From: Octopus vulgaris
Lineage: Eukaryota
Length of the DNA stretch: 64,000 nucleotides
Direction: 5' to 3'
Assembly: GCA_951406725.2 (NCBI GenBank)
Contig: OX597814.1
Span: forward strand, 28,520,001-28,584,000
Under the pieces are notes generated by a model that was given only the letters and a program-made list of their open reading frames with translations, did no database searches and had not been told where the DNA came from. This document shows, piece after piece, positions 54,010 to 64,000 of this stretch (position 1 is its first letter; the number at the start of each line of letters is the position of its first letter). The position numbers and the translations under genes are program-made.

Positions 54010-54524
54010 AATTCAGATAGGGGTTGTAAATGCAACCCTCCATGGGATAACATATATCCAATATACTGCTAGTGAAGTACCCAACAAAGTTAATACATAA
54101 ATGTTAAGAATTGCGATGCAATTAATTCATTTACTGTATTATATGGGCAAAGGTAAAATGATTTACCACAAATTCATAATACAAAATAAGAAAATGGAGA
54201 AACACATGGAAATCAAATATCAGTTACCAGATACTACTCAATCACATACTTTATTAAACCACCACATAAGAAACTATAAGGTTAAACATAACAATGTAGA
54301 ACAAAACAGTGTACATAAAGGAGTGTACATAAAAGAGTAATGCTATACAATATTGTATAGCATTACTCTTTTATGTACACTCCTTTATGTACACTCTTTT
54401 GTTCTACATCATTATGTTTAACCTTATAGTTTCTTATGTGGTGGTTTAATAAAGTATGTAATTGAGTATTATCTGGTAATTGATATTTGATTTCCATGTA
54501 TTTCTCCATTTTCTTATTTTGTAT
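54007..54524. mobile_element. (TA)n-embedded element with 173-bp spacerless palindrome (54179-54524)
   Basis: Centre caat|attg at 54351/54352; about 7 arm mismatches; hairpin-rich unpaired tail 54007-54178. Confidence 0.75.
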
Positions 54525-54545
54525 GTATATAAATATATATATATA

Positions 54546-54751
54546 TTCAAAATGTGACCGCGTGTGTACCGTTGGCGATTTTTTTTCCCTCTGTCTTCAG
54601 TTCTCTGGATTTTTCCTTCTATGATTCCGACGAAGAGCTCCGCTCGAAACGTTAAGCCCTTCTTCTTTCCTTCTTTCCTGAGCGTCCAATAATACTATAT
54701 TTGTTCCACGTCCTCGCGTTGTTGTGTTTTTTTGTGGTTTCATGTTTGGAT

Positions 54752-54755
<4 letters not shown>
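54546..54755 (+). mobile_element. PLE 3' fragment with hammerhead
   Basis: (TA)n on both sides; HHR at 54625-54655. Confidence 0.75.
54625..54655 (+). ncRNA. Minimal type I hammerhead ribozyme motif
   Basis: tt-CCGACGA-a-gagc tcc gctc-GAAAC-GTT-aa; stem I eroded. Confidence 0.65.
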
Positions 54756-54802
<47 letters not shown>

Positions 54803-54965
54803 TTACGAGCTATTTATAAGATATCTAGATCAGTGTTCCGCAATCTTTTTTCACTTGCGTTACACATATATTCTTTTAGAAATTTGGCGGCACACCTGAA
54901 CTAAAAATGTAATATACGTTTAGTATAGGGAAAAAAATCATATATATATATATATATATATATAA

Positions 54966-55143
54966 TTTCAACAATTGAGGGTAAAATTAATTAATTATTA
55001 ATCAATTTCACCAAGTGTTCAGTATGCAAAGGGACCATTTAAGGCGAATTCAAATTATTACATTATATAAAAGGGCTTAGTAAAATAAATTACTTTGCCG
55101 CATACGGCAAAGTAATTTATTTTACTAAGCCCTTTTATATAAT
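54966..55143. mobile_element. (TA)n-embedded element with perfect 39-bp hairpin (55062-55143)
   Basis: Arms 55062-55100 and 55105-55143, loop cata. Confidence 0.7.
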
Positions 55144-55437
55144 ATATATATATATATATATACTTACGAGCTATTTATAAGATATCTAGATCAGTGTTCC
55201 GCAATCTCTTTTCACTTGCGTTACACATATATTCTTTTTGAAATTTGGCGGCACACCTGAACTAAAAATGTAATATACGTTTAGTATAGGGGAAAAAAAG
55301 CATACCGGTTGATCTAGAAAAACATGAACCAGACAAGGTTCATCTTAATTCGTCTAATCGAGAGGTTTATACATAGAGGACTGTCTATGGTTGATTTAGA
55401 AAACTGCAATATGGAATGTGAAAATAATAAGCATTAT

Positions 55438-56135
55438 GGGTGCAGACACAATTTTGTGGTTAAGAAGCTCTCTTTGTAACCACGTAGCTTTTGGTTCAAT
55501 TCCACTGCGTTGCATCTTGGGCAAACGTCTTCTATTATAGCCCCCGGAAGTCCAATGCTCTGTGAGTGGACTTAGGTTCAATTCCACTGCGTTGCATCTT
55601 GGGCAAACGTCTTCTATTATAACCCCCGGAAGTCCAATGCTCTGTGAGTGGACTTAGTCGATTTACTGGATGAAAACTGCGTGGAAGCACTTCGTATGCG
55701 CACGCACACGCACACACGCACACACACGCACGCACACATACACACATGCAGGCACATACGTGACTGTGTGGTAAGAAGTTTGCTTCCAAACCCCATGGTT
55801 CCGGGGTCAGTCCCCACTGCCTTGCATTATGGGCAAGTGTCTTCTAATATAGCACTGAGCTTGAGAGATGCAACCTGATTAGAAGCCCGTCATATGTGTG
55901 TGTGTCCGTGTGTCCCCTCGTGTCTATGTTTATCACTCTCCCATCGCTTGTCTACCGATGTTGGTTACTCTCCTGTAACTTAGCCGTTCGATAAATGAGA
56001 CTGGTAGCATAACCACCAGACTTGAAATAAAGTAAAGAATAAAAAATAAGTCCTGGGGTTGATTTGTTCGACTAAAACCCTTCAAGGTGATGCCCCAACA
56101 TGGGCGCAGTCCAATAACTGAAAGAAATAAAAGGA
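55438..56135 (+). mobile_element. Two diverged SINE-A copies (55438-55690 with internal about 84-bp duplication; 55750-56135)
   Basis: Recognisable head, CORE-like and tail modules. Confidence 0.75.
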
Positions 56136-56389
56136 CCTAAAAGAAGCATTTTTCATCTAAGTCTGGTGTTGAAGACTGAGTAGACCTATATGATCAAAAA
56201 CTTTCCAGCTATGACCTTCCCGTCTTGTTTTCTGGAACTGTGTATGCAATGTGCCCTTCCATCTTATAATTTTTATAATTTAAAGAAGAGATTATGATTT
56301 TAATTTGGGCTGCTATTCCTAGCAGGTCGAGGGACCACATGGAGGCTTCCCTGGGTGTCGTTGTCGTTGGGAAGGAAGCTATTTGGTGT

Positions 56390-58416
56390 TGAATACGGTG
56401 GTGGTGATGGTGGTGGCGGTAGCGATAGTGGTGGTGGTGGTGGTAATGGTGGTAGTGGTGGTGGTAGTGGTAATGGTGGTGGTAGTGATGGTGGTAAAGG
56501 TAGTGTGGGTGTGTAGTGGGGTTGGAGGGCATTAGGACGATGAGGTTTAGAGGGGTGAGGACAATGGTGGCGGTAGTGGTGATGCTAGCGACAAAAGTGG
56601 TGGTGGTGGTGGTGGTGGTGGTTTTGGTAGTGGTGGTGGCAGTGGCAGTAAGCAGTGGTAGTGGCAGTGATGGGTGCGACGGTGGTAGTGGGACAGGGGT
56701 AAGCTGTAAGGGAAGTAACATTGGGTTTTGTTGAAGTTGTGGTTAGGGGTGGACGATGAGGGTTTTGGTAGTGATGGAGGGAGCAGCGGTAGTGGTGGCG
56801 TTAAATGTTAGTCGGCGGTGTGGGGCAGGGGTGGATGGGTGACTGTGAAGGTGGTGGTGTTGGTGTCTGTGTTGAGAATGAAAACAGGAAGCGGAAACTG
56901 GCTTTATAGAAGAAAGAAAAAGAAGAAGGGAAGAAAGAACGAATGACAAAGAACGAGTGTGGACTTTAATACGTAACGGAGTGTAGTGAACGGTTGAGAG
57001 AGAGGGAGGGGGGAGAGAGAATGAGCGAGGGATGGAGAGAGCGGGTGAATGAATGAGGTAGTGAGTGAGTGATTGTGGGAGTGAATGAGGAAATGGAATG
57101 AGGAAAGTGGGGGGAATGAGTAGATGAGTTAGTGACTGAGTGATGAAATAGGTAAGGGATTGACTGAATGAAACAGTCAAAAGAATGAGCGAATGATTTA
57201 TTGAATGAGCGAATAAGGGGTAGTGGGTGAATGAGTGAAGTGATGAGTGAGTGAATGAATGACTGATTGAGTGGGTGAGTAATGGAATGAGAGAAGGAAG
57301 CAGTAAGTGAACGAGAAAATAAATGAATGAATGAATGATGGTGTAAATCAGTGAATAAGGAGTTGGAGTGAATGAAGGAACTTTATAGAAGAAAAAAATT
57401 ATAAAAAAAAGAATGAGGGAAAGGAAAAGAAAAAAGATGAAAGATAAAGAATAAGTGAACTTATGGAATGAGAGAAGGAAGCAGTAAGTGAACGAGAAAT
57501 AAATGAATGAATGAATGAATGATGGTGTAAATCAGTGAATAAGGAGTTGGGGTGAATGAAGGAACTTTATAGAAGAAAAAATAATAAAAAAAAGAATGAG
57601 GGAAAGGAAAAGAAAAAAGATGAAAGATAAAGAATAAGTGAACTTATGGAATGAGAGAAGGAAGCAGTAAGTGAACGAGAAAATAAATGAATGAATGAAT
57701 GAATGAATGAATGAATGATGGTGTAAATCAGTGAATAAGGAGTTGGGGTGAATGAAGGAACTTTATAGAAGAAAAAATGATAAAAAAAAGAATGAGGGAA
57801 AGGAAAAGAAAAAAAGATGGAAGATAAAGAATAAGTGTGAACTTTGACGAAATTTAGTGTATGGAAGATAGAATGAATTGCTGAGTGAATGTATGAACGA
57901 GTAAATGAATGAGCAACTGAATGAGTGAATGAGTGAATGGATAGGTGAATGAATGGGCGAGTGAGCAAGTAAATAAATGAGCAGGTGAATTGTGAGGGAA
58001 TAAATGAGTGAATGAATGAAAGAGCGTGTAAATGAACGAGTGAACAACTGAGCCAGAGAGTTACTCGATGTGGTATTCAATAAGTGATTTAATGAGTGAG
58101 TGAACAAAGAGTGAATGAGTGAATGAATGAATGAGTACGCGAATGAATGAATGAGTACGCGAATGAATGAATAAATGAATTGGTGATTGAATGAAGGAGT
58201 GAATGAATCTGTGAACAGATGGGTGAACGAATGAAGGAATGAATGAGTTAGTGAGTGGATGAATGAGTGAATTAATTGATGAGGGAATTAATAATGAGTG
58301 TGGGCAGCAACAAAATAGAATAAGGAAGTTGAAGTAAAGAAGAAAATTTAGGAAGATTAAAATTAAGGAAAAAAAGTATAGAAGCAAGAAAAGTAGCAGA
58401 GGCAGCAGCAGCAGCG

Positions 58417-58458
<42 letters not shown>

Positions 58459-58486
58459 GTAGTAGTAGTAGTAGTAGTAGAAAATG

Positions 58487-58517
<31 letters not shown>

Positions 58518-58960
58518 TACAATGAAAAACGCTGGGAATGAAAACTAGGAAAAGAGAAAGAAGTGAAGAAGCCAGAAAAAAAAAGGAATGTAAAAGACTT
58601 TGATGAAAGAAAATAAGTTTAGAAAACAGAAAGAAAAGAAAGAAAGAAAGAAAGAAAGCAAGAAAAAAAGGCTAAAAGAAAGAATGAAAGAGAGAGAGAG
58701 AGAGAGAAAAGAGAGGTAGACAAATAAATAAAAGTAACAGAATGGTGGAATGAGAAATAGAAGACAAAAAGGAGTGGAAGAAGTTTGGTGCAATAAATAT
58801 AGAAGGAAGGAAGGAAGGGAGGAAGGAAGGATGGAGGGAAGGAAGGAGGGAAAGAAATATGTAAAGAACGAAGGGAGAGAGGAATAACCAAATACACTGA
58901 AAAAGGTAGAGAGTAAAGAATAAGAGAAGTGAATGAAAAATGAAAGACAACGCGAAAGAG
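56390..58960. repeat. Low-complexity field: (GGT)n, (GAAT)n, (GAA)n and a triplicated about 180-bp unit (57282-57840)
   Basis: Direct observation. Confidence 0.88.
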
Positions 58961-59030
58961 TATGTGAAGACATAAAGCAGAAATGTGAGTTAAGCAACCA
59001 CAAGGTTTAAATGTATGTTAATTCAGGAGA

Positions 59031-59415
59031 GGAGGCGCAATGGCCCAGTGGTTAGGGTAGCGGGCTCGCGGTCGTAGGATCGCGGTTTCGATTCCCAGAC
59101 CGGGCGTTGTGAGTGTTTATTGAGCGAAAACACCTAAAAGCTCCACGGGGCATCCGGCAGGGGATGGTGGTGATCCCTGCTGTACTCTTTCACCACAACT
59201 TTCTCTCACTCTTACTTCCTTCTTTTCTGTTGTACCTGTATTTCAAAGGGCCGGCCTTGTCACTCTCTGTGTCACGCTGAATATCTCCGAGAATTGCGTT
59301 AAGGGTACACGTGTCTGTGGAGTGCTCAGCCACTTACACGTTAATTCCACGAGCAGGCTGTTCCGTTGATCGGATCAACGGGAACCCTTGTCGTTGTAAC
59401 CGACGGAGCGCTTCC
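59031..59415 (+). mobile_element. SINE family C
   Basis: 11-bp TSD aattcaggaga. Confidence 0.94.
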
Positions 59416-59795
59416 AATTCAGGAGAATTATTGATACCGTGGGGTTATTTCCCCTTCTCATTCGGATGATGGCAATGATAGTTTTTAATAAACTAACAGC
59501 TTATTTTGTATCATATTTAATATACCGTGCATTGTTTTTGTTCACATTCTCTTTTACTCTTTTACTTGTTTCAGTCATTTGACTGCGGCCATGCTGGAGC
59601 ACCACCTTTAATCGAGCAACTCGACTCCGGGACTTATTCTTTTGTAAGCCCAGTACTTATTCTATCGGTCTATTTTGCCGAACCGCTAAGTAACGGGGAC
59701 ATAAACACACCAGCATCGGTTGTCAAGCGATGCTAGGGGGACAAACACAGACACACAAACACACACACGCATATATATATATATATATATATATA

Positions 59796-60287
59796 ACGGG
59801 AAGCTTTATGAAAATAAACAAAAGACGAAGGCAGGTGGAAAACAAACAAACAATTGTATTAGTATGGCGCTCAGGAAATATAAATAAAACAAGTCTTTAA
59901 CGTTTCGAGCCTACGCTCTTCAACAGAAAGATACACAGAGAGAGAAAAACACAGAAAGAAGGAGAGAAAAAAAATGCGTGCAGTAGCTAACGAATCAACA
60001 TGGCGATCTGATTTCGGCCAGAGGTCAAAGATCAAACATGAGACGCGAGAGCGAAATAAGGGGAGATAATAGGGTTGATAAAACGGTTGAGGGACCAGCT
60101 AAAAGTGCGTGGGAGGGGTCTGGATGTGTGTATGTATAGGGTTGGTGTATGTATTAGTATGTATAAGGGTGTGTGTGTGTATGAGAGAGTATTAGTGCGT
60201 AAGATTGGTCTGGACGTGCGTATGTATGGGGTTGGTGTATGTATTAGTATGTATTAGTATGTATTAGTACGTATTGGTATGTATTGG

Positions 60288-60290
<3 letters not shown>
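59796..60290 (-). mobile_element. PLE 3' fragment with hammerhead
   Basis: HHR at 59894-59931, cctgagcg motif shared with 54677 and 53704; (TA)n on both sides. Confidence 0.78.
59894..59931 (-). ncRNA. Minimal type I hammerhead ribozyme motif (CUGUUGA core)
   Basis: tcttt-CTGTTGA-a-gagc gtag gctc-GAAAC-GTT-aaaga; perfect stems I and II. Confidence 0.72.
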
Positions 60291-60319
<29 letters not shown>

Positions 60320-60576
60320 TACGACGGGCTTCTTTCAGTTTCCGTCTACCAAATCCACTCACAAGGCTTTGGTCGGCCCGACGCTATAGTAGAAGACACT
60401 TGCCCAAGGTGCCACGCAGTGGGACTGAACCCGGAACCATGTGGCTGGTAAACAAGCTACTTACCACACAGCCACTCCTGCGTGTAACTCGCCACTCTTA
60501 ATTTCTTTATAATCACAACACATATGTATCCGGGTGTGTGTGTGTGTGTGCATACAACGGGTTTCTTTCAGTTGCT

Positions 60577-60803
60577 TATTTCTTTATTGCCCACAAGGGG
60601 TTAAACACATAAGGGACAAAGACAGACAAACGGATTAAGTCGATTATATCGACCCCAGGGCGTAACTAGTACTTAATTTATCGATTCCGAAAGGATGAAA
60701 GGCAAAGTCGACCTCGGCGGAATTTGAACTCAGAACGTAACGGCAGACGAAATACGGCTACGCATTTCGCCCTGCGTGCTAACGTATCTGCCAGCTCGCC
60801 GCC
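60577..60803 (-). mobile_element. SINE family B nested in a SINE-A 5' half (60553-60962)
   Basis: Flanked by repeated ctttcagtt. Confidence 0.88.
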
Positions 60804-60966
60804 TTTCAGTTTTTTTCAGTTTCTGTCTACCAAATTCACACTCAAAGTTTTGGTCCGCCCGAGGGTGTATAACAGAAGGAACTTGCCTAGGGTATCAAGC
60901 AATGGGACTGAATCTGGAACCATGTTGTGAAGCAAACTTCTTACCACACAGCCATGCCTGCACTTA

Positions 60967-60998
<32 letters not shown>

Positions 60999-61091
60999 CA
61001 AGAAAGATAAGAAAATTTTGCTGAATGATTAAAGGGAAGAGTTATGGTGTAAGTAGTTGAATCATTTGATAGATAAAAATAAATAAATGCG

Positions 61092-61333
61092 CCCTTTTAA
61101 AGCCTAGCCAGGCTCATGGGTTCGGTTTCCCGGTTTCTATGGCGTATGTGTTACCCAGCACGGCGGGACCCCAGTCAATCGCAGCGTTACTCATTTTTGC
61201 CAGCTGAGTGGACTGGAGCAACGTGAAATGAAGTGTTTTGCTCGAGAACACAACGCGTCGCCCGGTCCAGGAATCGATACCACAATCTTACGATCATGAT
61301 GCTGACACCCTAACCACTAAGCCACGCGCCTCC
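61092..61333 (-). mobile_element. SINE family D
   Basis: Homologous to 1313-1570. Confidence 0.85.
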
Positions 61334-61360
61334 ACATTTGATAGATAAGTGTATCCTTAA

Positions 61361-61817
61361 TCCATTGACGTTTAAACTGGCCTTGTCTTATTTTACAATC
61401 AAACCGGCCAGATCTGGCTTCTCACACCTATCCTAAAAATGTCATTCTAAAAATACACAATTATTGGGTTGGTGCATAATTATTGCGGCCTTTTTTCATC
61501 AAATTTTATTCAACAAAAACAATAACAATATTTCACAAAAAACGTCCTTAAATGACAGTCTGACCGTCTGCCAAGCAAATGGGAAGCAGTAATTGAAGTA
61601 GATGGTGAATATGCTCCGAAATAATCATTTAAAGATGCTTTTTCTACATGTTGCTATTGTTTTTGTTGAATAATATTTGTTGAAAATAAGCCGCAATAAT
61701 TATGCACCAACCCAATGCATGATCGGAATCTCAAAGCTATGAGATAATACGTAATTAATTCAAAACTATTTGAATAAATAAGTATTACATTTGACAGCGT
61801 AATCTGAATGCCAAAGG
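61361..61817. mobile_element. Possible piggyBac-like MITE (TTAA flanks) hosting a mariner MITE
   Basis: ttaa at 61357-61360 and 61818-61821 with weakly complementary ends. Confidence 0.4.
61464..61715 (+). mobile_element. Mariner deletion derivative (MITE)
   Basis: TIR ttgggttggtgcataattattgcggc extended to about 90 bp imperfect; retains mariner C-terminus RLPSKWEAVIEVDGEYAPK*. Confidence 0.88.
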
Positions 61818-61952
61818 TTAATGCAATGCTCAAGCAGAATCAATGCGACATGGTATGTGACAAAACTGGACCTTTTAAATTTGAGCCACACTCAACCCAA
61901 CAAACGTCCAGACAGTTTCTGTCTGTCCAGTTCCATTTACAAAGCTAGGGTG

Positions 61953-62373
61953 CTCTTTTATCTTTATCTTTTACTGGCTTCAGTCATTAGACTGTGGCCA
62001 TTCTGGGGCACGGCCTTGAAGAATTTTTGTTGAATGAATCGACCCAAATTCTTAGTTTTTGAAACCGAATACGTTATTCTATTGTTCTTTTTTCCCGAAC
62101 CGCTAAGTTACGGGGACGTAAACACACCAACACCGGTTGTCAAGCGGTGATGGGGTCAATCATGCACACACATGCACACACTCATACATACACATACACA
62201 TTTATATATACGATGGCCTTCTTTCAGTTTCCCTCTACCAAATCCACTCACAAGGCTTTGGTCGACCCGTGACTATAGTAGAAAAAATTTGCCCAAGGTG
62301 CCACGCAGTAAGATTGAACCCAAAAGCATGTGGTTAGGAAGCAAGCTTCTTACCACACAGCCATACCTGCGCC
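61953..62373 (-). mobile_element. SINE family A, diverged
   Basis: All modules present. Confidence 0.85.
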
Positions 62374-62404
62374 TATACAAAGTTATAGTAAAGGACATTG
62401 ACTC

Positions 62405-62622
62405 GGATATGGCCGCATGGCTAAGAAGTTCGCTTTGCAACCATATGGTTTCAGGTTCAGTCCTTCTGCGCATCACCTTAACTAATTGTTCTCTAACATA
62501 GCCTCGTGCTAACCAATGCCATGTGAGTGAATTTAGTTGATGGAAACTGTGTGGAAGCCCGTCGTGTATATATATATATACATACATACACATATATATA
62601 TGTATATATATATATATGTATA

Positions 62623-62662
<40 letters not shown>

Positions 62663-62830
62663 TGTGTGTGTCTTTGTGTCTCTGTGTTAGTTCCCCCCAT
62701 CGTTTAACAACCGATGTTGGTTTGTTTACATCCCAGTAACTTAGCGGTTTGGTGGGAACTACCGATGGAATGAATACCAGAGTTGAAAAGTAGATACTGA
62801 GGGCGAGTTGTACGTCTAAAGCCCTTTAGA
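62405..62830 (+). mobile_element. SINE family A, old diverged copy
   Basis: Head, CORE-like segment, microsatellite and 3' half recognisable. Confidence 0.7.
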
Positions 62831-64000
62831 GTTGCACGTCTAAAGCCCTTTAAGCTGATGATTGCTCAAGATGATTGCTCAATCTTATCGTGGGACTGAA
62901 CCCGGGATCAGACAGGATCTAATGACTGCGAAGCTAGCGTCTTAACCATTCAGCCAAAAAGATCATGAGACAAATATTGAAAAACAACGAGGAAGCGTTG
63001 GAGAAGGAGGAGGAAAGGGACATACTGGAAAAGCAATAAGAAAATGGAGTGAAAAAACAAAAAAAGAGAGAAGTAATGACAATAGCGTAAAAATTGATGA
63101 ATAAGTGAAAAAGAAAATAGCGAGGCAAGGAGAACAAAAAAAGAATGAAAGAAAATATGTAAGAGATTGGTGAAGGACTGAATGATATAAGCAAATGAAT
63201 GAAAGACAATGGGAAAGATGGTAAAAGATGGAAAAAAGGTAAAGAATTAAAAAAAAAGATAGAGTAAGGGAAACCGAATGAAAGACAATGAGAAAGAGTT
63301 AGTGAAAGAAGTTTGGAAATGAAAGAATATTAGAAGGAACAAATATGAAAACGAAAAGCGAGAGAGAGAGAGAGAGAGAGGGGGGGGAGAGAGGAGGAAA
63401 GAGAAGAAGGGAGGGTGAAAACAAGAGGAGTAAGGGCAAGAAGAGGGGGGGGGAGGATGGAAGAGTAAATAAAATAAAAATGAAATGAGAATGGTGGTGG
63501 TGGTGTTGTTCGTGTTGCTGTTGTTGTTGTTGTTGTTGTTTGTGGAGGTGATGGTCGTCGTCGTCGTCGTCGTCGTCATCGTCGTGGTTTTTTGGTTATT
63601 GTAGTGGGTAGTAAGACAAAGAGGTGACAGAGGTTCTAGGCATAGCGGCGGCGGCGGCAGTGGTAGTGGTGATAGAGGTGGTGGTGGTGGTGGTGGTAGT
63701 GGTGGTGATGGTAGTGGTGGGAACATTCCTTGTGTGACGAGAGAGCTAGGAAGAGAACTGCGTTAACTGTATGTGTTTGTGTGTATGTGTATGTGTGTAT
63801 GTGTATGTGTGTGTGTGTGTGGTGCGCGCGTATGTATATATTTATATTTATATATATGTGTGTGAGTACGTATACATTATATACAAATATATATTTATAT
63901 ATATGTATATTACATATATATATATAATATATATAAATATATATATTTACACACACATACACACGCACACATATATACACAATATATATATATATGTACA

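Larger units (their letters stand above)
59547..60482 (-). mobile_element. SINE-A split by a PLE insertion in its (TA)n
   Basis: 3' half 59547-59770, 5' half 60320-60482. Confidence 0.9.

Overview
This is an AT-rich, repeat-saturated eukaryotic intronic or intergenic window. The SINE set and microsatellite load look like an octopod cephalopod genome (recognised by eye, not verified). No intact host gene is supported, and nearly all ORF-track entries are translations of microsatellites or SINEs. Content: about 35 copies of four SINE families; two decayed DD37D/maT-type Tc1-mariner transposons; hAT, mariner and piggyBac-like MITEs; R4/Dong-like LINE 3' ends in (AAT)n tracts; non-autonomous Helitrons, including a seamless A-B-A-B head-to-tail array (40864-42536); and many Penelope-like element (PLE) relics in (TA)n tracts. 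The PLE relics carry small type I hammerhead ribozyme motifs, three of them with a CCGAnGA core instead of CUGAnGA, and repeatedly form fold-back palindromes. The largest palindrome (47655-48529) has about 430-bp near-perfect arms, each holding a GIY-YIG C-terminus and a hammerhead. Coordinates were counted by hand and may be off by a few bases. SINE labels A-D are my own.
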